A program made the position numbers and the translations under genes. The notes under the pieces are model-generated. The model saw only the letters and a list, made by a program, of their open reading frames with translations, was not told where the DNA came from and ran no database searches. Shown here one piece after another: positions 12,440 through 22,186 of a DNA stretch of 64,000 nt. Positions within the stretch are counted from its first letter, which is position 1, and the number at the start of each line of letters is the position of its first letter. Origin of the DNA: Pedobacter sp. (GTDB taxonomy: Bacteria > Desulfobacterota > Desulfuromonadia > Desulfuromonadales > Syntrophotaleaceae); contig JBFWJC010000003.1 of assembly GCA_050253415.1 (NCBI GenBank), forward strand, positions 305,035 to 369,034, read 5' to 3'.

Positions 12440-13735
12440 ATGAGTGAACAGCAAATAATTCAACCTGGTGGCCGGTTGTGTGGTGAAGTGCAGGTTCCCG
12501 GCGACAAATCCATTTCCCATAGGGCTATTATGCTTGGCGCTTTGGGCGAGGGGGAAACGGTCGTTCGTGGGCTGCTGCGCGGCGAGGACAATCTTGCGAC
12601 CCTCGAAGCTTTTCGCTCCATGGGAGTTGAAGTCGCTGAGGATGCGGATGGTACTCTGCGTATTTCAGGTCGCGGATTGCATGGTTTGCAGGAGCCTCAG
12701 GATGTTATCGATTGTGGCAATTCCGGGACCACTATGAGGTTGATGACAGGTCTGCTGGCCGGTCAACAATTCTTTTCGGTTATGACGGGCGACCGGTTTT
12801 TGCGTAAGCGTCCGATGAAGCGCGTTGTTGCGCCCTTAACCAATATGGGAGCCCGGATTCTGGGTCGACTTGGCGGCGAATATGCGCCGTTGGCCATTCA
12901 GGGGCAGGCGTTGAAAGGCATAACCCACCATTCCTCGGTAGCCAGTGCGCAGGTCAAGTCCGCTCTTTTGTTGGCCGGACTGTATGCCGAGGGCCCGACC
13001 ACCATCCACGAACCGCATCTCTCCAGGGATCACAGCGAGCGCATGTTAACTTGGTTCGGTGCGGATGTCAGGCCGTTTCCCGGTGGGGTTACTCTGATGC
13101 CCGGAGCGCGGTTGCAGGGGCGAGAGGTTGTGGTGCCGGGTGATATTTCCTCTGCGGCATTTTTCATGGTAGCAGCGCTTATCGTCCCTGGTTCTGAGTT
13201 GCTCATAAAGCAGGTTGGTGTTAACCCGACTCGCAGTGGTATCATCGATATCCTGCGGGAAATGGGTGGAGATATTTCTTTGCTGAATGAGCGTGACTGT
13301 TCCGGTGAGCCGGTTGCCGATATTCTGGTCAGGGCCAGCGATCTCAGGGGTATTGATATCGGTGGAAGTGTTGTGCCGCGAGCCATTGATGAATTCCCCG
13401 TTGTCAGTGTAGCGGCAGCTTTTGCCCAAGGGCAGACGGTCATACGTGATGCCAGGGAATTGCGCGTCAAGGAAACCGATCGTATCGCCTCCATGTGCTC
13501 AGAGCTTGGTGCGCTCGGTGCACAGGTCGAAGCTCGCGATGACGGCATGGTGATCACCGGCGGCGCTCCCCTGGGAGCAGGCACTGTCCGCTCTTTGGGC
13601 GATCATCGTATCGGCATGAGCATGGCCGTCGCTGCATTGCGTGCGTCCGGTCCGGTGACGGTTGTTGATACGGAATGTACGGCAACCTCCTTTCCCGGTT
13701 TTTGGGAGCTCTTTAATGGGGTCCGTGAACGCTAA
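12440..13735 (+). CDS. aroA: 3-phosphoshikimate 1-carboxyvinyltransferase (class II EPSPS)
   Basis: PGDKSISHR, DCGNSGT, ASAQVKS, RDHSER, LRVKETDRI, GDHRI. Confidence 0.98.
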   Translation: MSEQQIIQPGGRLCGEVQVPGDKSISHRAIMLGALGEGETVVRGLLRGEDNLATLEAFRSMGVEVAEDADGTLRISGRGLHGLQEPQDVIDCGNSGTTMRLMTGLLAGQQFFSVMTGDRFLRKRPMKRVVAPLTNMGARILGRLGGEYAPLAIQGQALKGITHHSSVASAQVKSALLLAGLYAEGPTTIHEPHLSRDHSERMLTWFGADVRPFPGGVTLMPGARLQGREVVVPGDISSAAFFMVAALIVPGSELLIKQVGVNPTRSGIIDILREMGGDISLLNERDCSGEPVADILVRASDLRGIDIGGSVVPRAIDEFPVVSVAAAFAQGQTVIRDARELRVKETDRIASMCSELGALGAQVEARDDGMVITGGAPLGAGTVRSLGDHRIGMSMAVAALRASGPVTVVDTECTATSFPGFWELFNGVRER

Positions 13736-13777
13736 GGTGAAGACCTTTTACCTGCATGTGCTAGAAAGGTAACCATA

Positions 13778-14482
13778 TTGAAACAGCAGTTGATTATAGC
13801 CATAGACGGTCCTTCCGGAGTGGGCAAGAGTACTCTGAGTCGTCGCCTGGCTCAGAAGCTTCGGTATGTGAATATCGATACCGGTGCCATGTATCGCTCA
13901 GTGGCTCTGGCCGCCCATAGGGCAGGCATTGCCATGGACGATGGGGAAGCTCTGGGGCAGCTGTGTGCGAATCTGGAAATCAGGTTCGTTCGCAAGGATG
14001 GTTTGGAGAAGATTCTTCTGGATGGCGAAGATGTGTCTGAGGCTATCCGCACGCCCGAGATAAGTCTGCTTTCTTCGCAAGTTTCAGCGCAACCTGCAGT
14101 GCGACGGGCTATGTTGTCCTTGCAGCGACAGATGGGGGAGCATGGCGGTGTTGTACTGGAGGGGCGGGATATAGGGACCGTTGTTTTCCCTATGGCCGAA
14201 GTGAAGTTTTTTCTTGCAGCGACAGCCACGGAGAGGGCAAAACGTCGGTACCTTGAACTGAAAGCGAAGGGGCTAGATGTTGACCTTGCTCAGACTCTTG
14301 CCGAGGTAGAAGCGAGAGATGCCGCCGATTGCGGGCGTGAGCACGCACCCTTGCGTCAGGCGCAGGACGCGGTGCTTATCGACACGACGGTACTTGATAT
14401 CGATCAGGTGCTCGAACGTATGCTTGAGGTGGTTGCCGAACGTCAATCGGTTTGTCATACAAAAGGGAGTGTAGCCCCATGA
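13778..14482 (+). CDS. cmk: cytidylate kinase
   Basis: IAIDGPSGVGKST, DTGAMYR, EGRDIGTVVFP; TTG start. Confidence 0.96.
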   Translation: MKQQLIIAIDGPSGVGKSTLSRRLAQKLRYVNIDTGAMYRSVALAAHRAGIAMDDGEALGQLCANLEIRFVRKDGLEKILLDGEDVSEAIRTPEISLLSSQVSAQPAVRRAMLSLQRQMGEHGGVVLEGRDIGTVVFPMAEVKFFLAATATERAKRRYLELKAKGLDVDLAQTLAEVEARDAADCGREHAPLRQAQDAVLIDTTVLDIDQVLERMLEVVAERQSVCHTKGSVAP

Positions 14483-15318
14483 AGATTATTCTGGCGGACA
14501 GTGCCGGTTTCTGTTTTGGCGTTAAGCGGGCCACCAACCTGGCTTTTGAAGCTGCGGAACAATACCCGCATATCTGCTCGTTGGGGCCTATAATTCATTC
14601 GCCTCAAGTTGTTAAAAAGCTTGAAGAAAAGGGCGTTAAGGTCATCCGGAAAGTTGAGGATATCGACCATGGTGCCGTTATTATTCGTTCTCATGGAATA
14701 ACGGCAGAAGAGCTTGATGTGATACATCACCGTGCCCTCAATATCGTAGATGCCACCTGTCCATTTGTAAAAAAAGCCCAGGATTACGCGACAATGCTCT
14801 GTAATGAGGGGTACTCGGTGGTTCTGGTCGGTGAAAAAGATCACCCTGAAGTACAAGGGATTATTTCCTATACCCGTGGCGGTGAGGTTTTTGTGGTAGC
14901 TGATTGCAAAGAGGCACAACGCTTGCCAGACAGGCCCAAGCTTGGCATCGTTGCCCAGACCACCCAGTCTTTTAAAAACCTGCAGCAGGTAGCCGATATC
15001 TGTCTTGAAAAGAGTAAGGAAGTAAGGATCTTCAACACAATTTGCGATGCGACTTCAGTGCGTCAGAACGAAGCGAGAAAAATCGCACTCGAGGCGGATC
15101 TCATGTTGGTTGTCGGGGGATTTAACAGTGCCAACACCACCCGATTGGCACAGATTTGCCAGGAGATCCAGTCACGGACCTTTCATGTTGAGACCGCCGA
15201 ACAAATTCAGGATTCCTGGTTCGACGGTGTGGGATGCGTGGGTATCACTGCCGGCGCATCGACGCCGCGTTGGATTATTGATGAGGTAGTCGAGAGGGTT
15301 TCGGCTATGTCCAAATAA
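14479..15318 (+). CDS. ispH: 4-hydroxy-3-methylbut-2-enyl diphosphate reductase
   Basis: AGFCFGVKRA, DATCPFV, NTICDAT, TAGASTP; ATGA overlap with the cmk stop. Confidence 0.96.
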   Translation: MKIILADSAGFCFGVKRATNLAFEAAEQYPHICSLGPIIHSPQVVKKLEEKGVKVIRKVEDIDHGAVIIRSHGITAEELDVIHHRALNIVDATCPFVKKAQDYATMLCNEGYSVVLVGEKDHPEVQGIISYTRGGEVFVVADCKEAQRLPDRPKLGIVAQTTQSFKNLQQVADICLEKSKEVRIFNTICDATSVRQNEARKIALEADLMLVVGGFNSANTTRLAQICQEIQSRTFHVETAEQIQDSWFDGVGCVGITAGASTPRWIIDEVVERVSAMSK

Positions 15319-15421
15319 ATGTTTGTTTTTTGAAGGTTACCGTGCTATGTTTACGCCGATGACCTCAGGGGCATCGCTGTCGCCGGGCGGCAGGATTATC
15401 GTTTAGGGGGTAAGTTTGTTA

Positions 15422-17137
15422 ATGGTAAAAGATAACGAAGACAAAGATGAATTCATGGATGATGAATTCGAAGACATGGACATGAGTTTCAGTGAGCTTT
15501 TTGAGAATAGCATTAAAGAGCTCAATGTAGGTGATGTTGTCGAAGGGACTGTTCTGCAGATCAACGGCGATATGGTTGTCGTTGATGTCGGCTACAAATC
15601 CGAAGGCATCATTCCCCTGGCTGAATTCAGCGATGAAAACGGGCAGGTAGATGTCAAGGTCGGGGACAAGATCGATGTACTTTTCGAACGCCGTGAGAAT
15701 GAAAACGGTCTGATCAGTCTGTCCAAGGAAAAAGCCGATCGTCAGAAAATCTGGAATAACCTTGAAGAAGGTGCCGTGGTTGAAGGACGCGTTGCTGCCC
15801 GCATCAAAGGCGGCCTGTCCGTCGATATCGGCGTTAATGCTTTCCTGCCCGGTTCCCAGGTGGATCTGCGGCCTGTACGTAACCTGGATAAACTTCTGGG
15901 TGAAACCTTCGAATTCAAGATCATTAAGCTCAATAAGCGACGTGGCAACATTGTTCTGTCGCGGCGGGTTCTGCTGGAAGAACAGCGTGAAACCCTGCGC
16001 CAGGATACGCTTGAGACTCTCTCTGAGGATCAGGAAGTTGTTGGTATTGTCAAAAATCTCACCGATTACGGTGCGTTTATTGATCTGGGTGGTATTGACG
16101 GCCTGCTGCATATCACTGATATGTCGTGGGGTCGCGTTGCACATCCTTCTGATGTTCTCGCTGTTGGCGACAAGATCAAAGTCAAGGTGCTCAAATTCGA
16201 TCGTGATAAAGAGCGTGTTTCTCTTGGGCTCAAGCAACTTGCCGCCGATCCTTGGCTCAGCGTTGCGGAAAAATATCCTACCGGTATCCGGGTTACAGGC
16301 AAGGTAGTCAGCCTGACCGATTACGGTGCTTTTATTGAACTTGATGAAGGCGTTGAAGGTCTTATTCACGTTAGTGAAATGAGCTGGACCAAGCGCATCA
16401 AACACCCCAGCAAAGTTCTCAATATCGGTGATGAAGTTGAGTCGGTTGTGCTGGCTGTAGATGTGGCGAATCGTCGCATCTCCCTGGGCCTCAAGCAAAT
16501 CGAGCGCAATCCTTGGGAAATCATCGGAGAGAAATTCCCGATGGGTACCATTATCGAAGGCCAGGTTAAGAATATTACCGATTTCGGTATCTTTGTTGGT
16601 GTCGATGATGGCATCGATGGTCTGGTACATATTTCCGATCTTTCCTGGACCAAGCGTATCAAGCATCCTTCCGAACTGTTTAAGAAGGGGGATGTTGTTA
16701 AGGCTGTAGTGCTTAACATCGACCAGGACAATGAGCGGTTCTCTCTTGGGATCAAACAGTTGGCTTCCGATCCCTGGCAGACTATTGCTACCCGTTATGC
16801 TCCCGGTACCATGATCAAGGGCAAAGTTACTTCCGTTACCGATTTCGGTATCTTCCTTGAAGTTGAAGAAGGAATTGAAGGCCTGATTCATGTGTCCGAG
16901 ATCAGCAAAGAAAAGGTTGATTCGCCCAAAGATTTCGCCAAAGTTGGTGATACTCTTGAGGCTGTTGTGCTGCATGTTGACACCGAAGATAAGAAAATCG
17001 CGCTGTCTATCAAGCATGTTGCACAGCACAGAGAAAAAGCAGAAGTTGATGCCTTTCTCGGTTCCCAGAAAAGTGCGACATCCAATCTCGGGGACATCTT
17101 CAAAGGCGCTCTCGACAAGGCTGGCGATAAAGAATAA
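15422..17137 (+). CDS. rpsA: 30S ribosomal protein S1
   Basis: Repeated S1 domains (DYGAFIDLGGIDGLLHITDMSW and similar). Confidence 0.98.
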   Translation: MVKDNEDKDEFMDDEFEDMDMSFSELFENSIKELNVGDVVEGTVLQINGDMVVVDVGYKSEGIIPLAEFSDENGQVDVKVGDKIDVLFERRENENGLISLSKEKADRQKIWNNLEEGAVVEGRVAARIKGGLSVDIGVNAFLPGSQVDLRPVRNLDKLLGETFEFKIIKLNKRRGNIVLSRRVLLEEQRETLRQDTLETLSEDQEVVGIVKNLTDYGAFIDLGGIDGLLHITDMSWGRVAHPSDVLAVGDKIKVKVLKFDRDKERVSLGLKQLAADPWLSVAEKYPTGIRVTGKVVSLTDYGAFIELDEGVEGLIHVSEMSWTKRIKHPSKVLNIGDEVESVVLAVDVANRRISLGLKQIERNPWEIIGEKFPMGTIIEGQVKNITDFGIFVGVDDGIDGLVHISDLSWTKRIKHPSELFKKGDVVKAVVLNIDQDNERFSLGIKQLASDPWQTIATRYAPGTMIKGKVTSVTDFGIFLEVEEGIEGLIHVSEISKEKVDSPKDFAKVGDTLEAVVLHVDTEDKKIALSIKHVAQHREKAEVDAFLGSQKSATSNLGDIFKGALDKAGDKE

Positions 17138-17151
17138 TCCTCTTATCGGAT

Positions 17152-17184
17152 CGTATCGGCCCACCTTTTGGGTGGGCCGATACG
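17152..17184. other. perfect 14-bp intercistronic hairpin between rpsA and sppA
   Basis: CGTATCGGCCCACC-ttttg-GGTGGGCCGATACG; no U-tract. Confidence 0.7.
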
Positions 17185-17195
17185 CATAAGGCTCC

Positions 17196-18095
17196 ATGAA
17201 AAAGAGACCTTTCTTGATGGCCCTGCTGACACTCGGGGCCATCTTTCTTTTGTTTCTCGTATTAGCGCTGTTACTCTCGCGTTGCTCGGGTGGCATGCAT
17301 GGCTTGCCTGTCGGTGGCGCACGTATCGGTGTCGTTGAGGTCAGCGGCATGCTGACCAATTCCGAGCCTACCGTTAAGCAACTCATTGATTTTAAAGAGG
17401 ATGATTCCATCAAGGCAGTCATCTTGAGAGTTGACTCTCCTGGCGGAGCAGTTGCCCCCTCACAGGAGATACATGATGAGGTCGCAAGAGTGGCCGCTAC
17501 TAAACCTGTTGTGGTTTCTATGGCTTCAGTGGCTGCTTCCGGTGGGTATTACGTCAGTATCCCCGCGCAACGAATTCTCGCCAATCCCGGGACCATTACG
17601 GGTAGTATTGGCGTTATTATGCAGGTAACGAACTTTCAAGATCTTTATGGTAAGTTGGGCCTAAAAAATCAGGTTGTCAAAAGTGGTGAACATAAAGATC
17701 TCGGTTCCCCACTTCGTTCTATGACCCCGCAGGATCGTCAGATTTTACAAGGGGTTATTGATGATGTTTATGATCAGTTTGTAACAGCCGTCAGTACTGG
17801 ACGCAAATTGCCGCTGGAAAAGGTTAAGCCTTTAGCTGATGGTAGGATTTTTACCGGTCGTCAAGCTAAAGAGGCTGGACTTGTCGATGAATTAGGTGGT
17901 ATGCGAGATGCTATAAGGGTTGCTGCTGATCTGGCTGGTATTGTTGGCGAACCCAAAATGGTTTATCCGCCTAAAGATAAAGAAAGTTTTCTGAAATATT
18001 TTATTGAAGAATCCGCATCTCAGGTGGGACGAGCTCTGCAGCAAAAGCAGCAGGGTGCCCCGGCAATGCAATACCTGTGGACCGGCCTTGATTAG
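17196..18095 (+). CDS. sppA: signal peptide peptidase SppA (S49 family, short form)
   Basis: RVDSPGG, AASGGYY, TGSIGV, DGRIFTGRQA. Confidence 0.93.
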   Translation: MKKRPFLMALLTLGAIFLLFLVLALLLSRCSGGMHGLPVGGARIGVVEVSGMLTNSEPTVKQLIDFKEDDSIKAVILRVDSPGGAVAPSQEIHDEVARVAATKPVVVSMASVAASGGYYVSIPAQRILANPGTITGSIGVIMQVTNFQDLYGKLGLKNQVVKSGEHKDLGSPLRSMTPQDRQILQGVIDDVYDQFVTAVSTGRKLPLEKVKPLADGRIFTGRQAKEAGLVDELGGMRDAIRVAADLAGIVGEPKMVYPPKDKESFLKYFIEESASQVGRALQQKQQGAPAMQYLWTGLD

Positions 18096-18108
18096 GAGGG
18101 AAACATTC

Positions 18109-18393
18109 ATGACCAAGAGTGAGTTGATTGAAGAGCTTTCCTACATAAATGGAATGCTGAGCAAAAAAGAATCTGAGTTGGTGGTCAATACCCTACTGGA
18201 TAGCATTCGTGATGCTCTGGTTGGAGGAGATCGGGTCGAGATACGGGGGTTCGGATCTTTTACGGTGCGCACTCGCGAGGCGCGAGAGGCAAGAAACCCG
18301 AAAAGTGGAGAAATCGTCGCTATTCCTGTTAAAAAAACTGCTTTCTTTAAAACTGGAAAGCAACTTCGTGAGCGGGTGGATACAGACAAGTAG
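18109..18393 (+). CDS. ihfB: integration host factor subunit beta
   Basis: MTKSELIE, RVEIRGFGSF, ARNPKSG; rpsA-sppA-ihfB synteny; AGGAGG Shine-Dalgarno. Confidence 0.93.
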   Translation: MTKSELIEELSYINGMLSKKESELVVNTLLDSIRDALVGGDRVEIRGFGSFTVRTREAREARNPKSGEIVAIPVKKTAFFKTGKQLRERVDTDK

Positions 18394-18432
18394 TAGATTC
18401 TTTGTCTTAGTTTTCCTGTAAACTCTGGAGTA

Positions 18433-18819
18433 ATGATGGAATCCAAAACTCATCTGGCTATTTCTGCTTCCCTGGTCGGGGAGATGGTTGAGATTATTCC
18501 AGGCAAGGCCACTGCTCGATTGAAGACTACCGACGAAATGGCCGCAGATGAGCGCGGGTTGTTGCATGGCGGTTTTACTTTTGGTCTTGCTGACTATGCA
18601 GCGATGCTGGCCGTTAATGACCCACTCGTGGTTCTCGGCGGAGCCGAAGTGCGGTTTTTAGCAGCGGTGCGGTGTGGTGACGAGTTGCTGGCTACGGCTG
18701 AGCTGGAAACACAGAATGGTAAAAAGCATTGTGTGCGCTGCTTTGTCGAGTCGGGCGGGAATCGGGTTTTTGAAGGGACCTTTACCTGTTTTGTTCTTGA
18801 TAAACCACTCTTATCCTGA
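18433..18819 (+). CDS. PaaI/hotdog-fold thioesterase family protein
   Basis: GLLHGGFTFGLADYAAM motif. Confidence 0.85.
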   Translation: MMESKTHLAISASLVGEMVEIIPGKATARLKTTDEMAADERGLLHGGFTFGLADYAAMLAVNDPLVVLGGAEVRFLAAVRCGDELLATAELETQNGKKHCVRCFVESGGNRVFEGTFTCFVLDKPLLS

Positions 18820-18869
18820 TCCGTTTTTCGGGTAGCAGCAATGTTGACCCGCCTGCTTATTTGTTTCTT

Positions 18870-18917
18870 CAATTAATAAGAAAGCCCCGCTGATAAGCGG
18901 GGCTTTCTTATTAATTG
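18870..18917. terminator. 22-bp perfect inverted repeat; bidirectional terminator shared by the thioesterase gene (+) and 6S RNA (-)
   Basis: CAATTAATAAGAAAGCCCCGCT-gata-AGCGGGGCTTTCTTATTAATTG. Confidence 0.9.
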
Positions 18918-18928
18918 GGTTATTCTTG

Positions 18929-19108
18929 AAGATCTCCAAGGTGCCGACTCTCGCGGAAAAATTTGACCGGATAAAAACCTTGGTCACCGTCAGTCATTTC
19001 AGGCGTCCCACTCGGTGGTGGGCTGGCTCACCATGACATTGAACGATTGACGCGCCGATCGATATGTTGGTCAACTTTTCCATGATACTCGTGCATCTCA
19101 GAGATCTT
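18929..19108 (-). ncRNA. ssrS: 6S RNA
   Basis: 180 nt whose ends pair (AAGATCTCTGAGATGC... / ...GGCACCTTGGAGATCTT); internal GGTGAGC, GCCTGAAA and ACCAAGG blocks resemble proteobacterial 6S RNA; has its own promoter and terminator. Confidence 0.82.
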
Positions 19109-19129
19109 CTGCCGACTTTTGTATTTAGA

Positions 19130-19157
19130 ATGCTAACACAGGCCTTGGAAGTGTCAA
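19130..19157 (-). promoter_or_regulatory. sigma70-type promoter for 6S RNA
   Basis: Minus strand TTGACA-16 nt-TAGCAT with an extended -10 TG. Confidence 0.65.
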
Positions 19158-19265
19158 CGGTATCATCACTCCAGATTTGAATTTAGCGAGGACAACGATC
19201 ATGCCCTGTGATACCATTCTCAGCTGTACAAAAGAAATATTCGGCTTTTACTGAAAGGAAATTCC

Positions 19266-20204
19266 GTGGCAGGTCATGTTTTTCGCATCTCTGTCGACAC
19301 CGCTTGCAATGGCATGCGCCTTGATCAATTTCTTGCGCAGGCTCTTCCTGACTTTTCGCGAACTTTTGCTCGTAAAATTATTGATCTTGGTGGGGTGCAT
19401 CTGGATGGTCGACGCATGCGACGCAGTTCTGTTTCCGTTGCCGCCGGGGCTTCACTGGAAGTTTTTCTCGACGACCAGGATCTTCAGGTTTTCACCCTTA
19501 CGGATGAACATATTCTTTACCGGGATAACTATCTTCTCGTTATTAATAAACCTGCCGGCATTAATTCACAACCCACGCCGGCCCGTTATAAAGGCACTCT
19601 TTACGAGGCGTTGTTGCGGATGCTTGAATCTCCATATGCCAAAGGTCAAAAACCGTCTCTAGGGATGGTGCAACGACTTGATCGTGACACCTCCGGGGTC
19701 ATGGTTTTCTCCATACATACCCGTGCTCACCAGCCTCTAAGTAAAATTTTCACTGATCGTGGCGTTCAAAAAATTTATCTTGCGATGATTGAGGGCACGA
19801 TGGATAAACCACAAGGGGAGTTTCGTTCGATGCTGGCGCGACAACATCGAACCAATCTGATGAAATCGGTAGAAAAGGGCGGCAAGGAGGCTTTGACGCG
19901 CTATCGTGTTATCGAGTCCTTTGGGGATGCTACGCTGGTTGAGGTCGAAATCCCCACAGGACGTTCCCACCAGATCCGGGTGCATTTTTCCGAAGCGGGG
20001 CATCCCTTGTTGGGTGATACGAGATACGGGGGGGCTGCTTCCTGGCGTGGCATTCCCGTTGCACGTCAGATGCTTCATGCCTGGAAGTTACAGATGAAGC
20101 ATCCTGTCAGTCGGGAATCAGTTGCTTTTGAAGCTCCTTATCCCTCTGATCTTTTGGAAATGCTCAATCGCGCTCGCCTATCTGGAGATGCGGCTAGTCT
20201 GTAA
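19266..20204 (+). CDS. RluA/RluD-family pseudouridine synthase with N-terminal S4 domain
   Basis: RLDQFL, INKPAG, VQRLDRDTSG, TGRSHQIRVH, GHPLLGD. Confidence 0.93.
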   Translation: MAGHVFRISVDTACNGMRLDQFLAQALPDFSRTFARKIIDLGGVHLDGRRMRRSSVSVAAGASLEVFLDDQDLQVFTLTDEHILYRDNYLLVINKPAGINSQPTPARYKGTLYEALLRMLESPYAKGQKPSLGMVQRLDRDTSGVMVFSIHTRAHQPLSKIFTDRGVQKIYLAMIEGTMDKPQGEFRSMLARQHRTNLMKSVEKGGKEALTRYRVIESFGDATLVEVEIPTGRSHQIRVHFSEAGHPLLGDTRYGGAASWRGIPVARQMLHAWKLQMKHPVSRESVAFEAPYPSDLLEMLNRARLSGDAASL

Positions 20205-20269
20205 ATACATACAGCTCATGCTTTTTTGATTATCATTTTTTCAGGATTCTTTCACCCGTTGAGGAAATC

Positions 20270-21055
20270 ATGTTGACCTACCCTCATATTGACCCGATTA
20301 TTTTTCGTATTGGACCCTTTGCCGTACGTTGGTACGGATTTATGTATCTTCTCGGATTCCTTGCGGCCTATCTGTTGATAAGACACCTGGCAAAGTTTCG
20401 TCATCTTGATGTTGATTCCGATCAGGTTTCCGACTTGCTGTTTTATTGTGTTATCGGTGTTATTGCCGGGGGCCGTCTCGGGTATGTATTGTTTTATGAT
20501 CCCGGGTATTATTTTAATCATCCATTGCAATCCTTTGCCGTATGGCAAGGTGGGATGAGTTTTCATGGCGGCTTGCTCGGAGTAATTATTGCGGTATTGG
20601 TCTGGTGCCGGCGCACCGGTACCAATACTTTATTGACCGGAGATATTCTGGTTACCGCTGCTACCGTGGGGTTGGGGCTTGGTCGCATCGGGAATTTTAT
20701 TAACGGCGAGCTCTGGGGTCGCGCTACGACTCTTCCCTGGGGAATGGTTTTTCCCGGTGCCGGTTTAGTTGCGAGGCATCCGAGTCAGCTCTACGAGGCT
20801 TTTCTGGAAGGGGTTCTGTTGTTCGGCATCTTATGGGCACTCCATCGTAAGCGTGTGGCGACCGGGGTACCCTTTTTCGTATTTATCGGCTGTTATGGAT
20901 TTTTTCGGTTGCTGGTCGAAGTCGTGCGTGAACCCGATGCCCATATTGGATTACTCTGGGGCAAGATCTCCATGGGGCAGGTTTTGTCCCTTCCGATGAT
21001 TCTGATTGGGTTTTTTGGGGTTTGGTACTGCTGGAGACGCGGGTCCCATTCATGA
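20270..21055 (+). CDS. lgt: prolipoprotein diacylglyceryl transferase
   Basis: VRWYG, GGRLGY, GGMSFHGG, GRIGNFINGELWGR, HPSQLYE. Confidence 0.97.
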   Translation: MLTYPHIDPIIFRIGPFAVRWYGFMYLLGFLAAYLLIRHLAKFRHLDVDSDQVSDLLFYCVIGVIAGGRLGYVLFYDPGYYFNHPLQSFAVWQGGMSFHGGLLGVIIAVLVWCRRTGTNTLLTGDILVTAATVGLGLGRIGNFINGELWGRATTLPWGMVFPGAGLVARHPSQLYEAFLEGVLLFGILWALHRKRVATGVPFFVFIGCYGFFRLLVEVVREPDAHIGLLWGKISMGQVLSLPMILIGFFGVWYCWRRGSHS

Positions 21056-21675
21056 AAGGTACGCGTGGCATTATTTACGATTGCGATGGTGTCTTGTTTG
21101 ACAGCCGTCGTGCAAATCTTGCCTACTACAGCAAGGTTCTTTCCTACTTTGGGGAATTGCCTGTGTTGGATGAAGATAGCCCACGCGCCGACTTGTGCCA
21201 CACCCATGCAAGCCCCGATGTTTTTCATAAACTTCTTGGCCCGGAACGGGTATCAGAAGCTCAAATCTTCGCCGAGACTATCGACATCGAAAGCTTGTTT
21301 CCCCTGATGGCCCCGGAAAAGGGGATACCGCAGGTGCTTGATCGATTAGGTAAGCACATGGTTCTGGCTCTGGCCACGAACCGGGGACGCAATGTATGTT
21401 CGATCCTGGATTACTTTCATATGCGGAGTTATTTTAAAGCGGTTGTTACTTCCGAGGATGTGCGACGTCCTAAGCCTGCGCCGGATATGCTGCTGCTTGC
21501 AGTGGAGAAACTTGACCTTAGACCTGATCAGGTGTTGTTTGTGGGTGATTCGGAGCTGGATCGACAGGCAGCGAGGCAGGCGGGGTTACGATTTGTGGCA
21601 TATAAAGGTTGGGTCGATGGAGACCTGGTTATTCATGAACATCAGGAACTGGCTGCCTTGTTGGGGATAGCTTGA
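21052..21675 (+). CDS. HAD-family hydrolase (phosphoglycolate phosphatase-like)
   Basis: YDCDGVLFDS, ATNR, KPAPD, VGDS; ATGA overlap with lgt. Confidence 0.9.
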   Translation: MKGTRGIIYDCDGVLFDSRRANLAYYSKVLSYFGELPVLDEDSPRADLCHTHASPDVFHKLLGPERVSEAQIFAETIDIESLFPLMAPEKGIPQVLDRLGKHMVLALATNRGRNVCSILDYFHMRSYFKAVVTSEDVRRPKPAPDMLLLAVEKLDLRPDQVLFVGDSELDRQAARQAGLRFVAYKGWVDGDLVIHEHQELAALLGIA

Positions 21676-21750
21676 AACAATAGTTGTTTTCAGGGGATAC
21701 GAAGGTAAAAAACTATTGAAAGTTGCGTGGAGGAAGGGCAGAAAAGGCTG

Positions 21751-22170
21751 TCAGTGGAGGGTTTTCTCCATTTCCAGTACGTGGCCACCTTTAAGCTTGC
21801 GGTAGATTACTCTGTCCATGATGGTGCGAATGATGAAAATTCCGCGACCATGTTCTTCCAGGCAGGTTGCATCTGGGGGTGCCAGGGTGCAGAGATCGAA
21901 TCCCTGGCCTTGGTCGTAAACTTTTATGACCAGTTTATGACGTATAAGCGTGATGGTGATGCGTACTTCCGTCGAGGTCGGTTCCTTGGCATGCTGAATT
22001 GCATTGGCCATTGCTTCGGTCAAGACCAGGTTTATATGGTATGCAAGCTCCTCCCGGTCACCTGAGAAACGGTCCAGGGACCGGGCCATGGATTCGCCGA
22101 TTTGTCCGACGAGCCCCAGATACCTGGTTTCCTTGGGGAGCGTAATGTCCAGTTCTATCCTTTCGCTCAT
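21751..22170 (-). CDS. RsbW-like anti-sigma factor/Ser kinase (HATPase_c_2)
   Basis: LTEAMANAIQH, DQGQGFD, HGRGIFII. Confidence 0.9.
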   Translation of the reverse strand: MSERIELDITLPKETRYLGLVGQIGESMARSLDRFSGDREELAYHINLVLTEAMANAIQHAKEPTSTEVRITITLIRHKLVIKVYDQGQGFDLCTLAPPDATCLEEHGRGIFIIRTIMDRVIYRKLKGGHVLEMEKTLH

Positions 22171-22186
22171 TGAGCCTCCGCGAACA

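Noticed and set aside
15419..17422. 667-aa ORF antisense to rpsA
   Set aside because: Shadow frame of a strongly codon-biased gene; no motifs or plausible composition.
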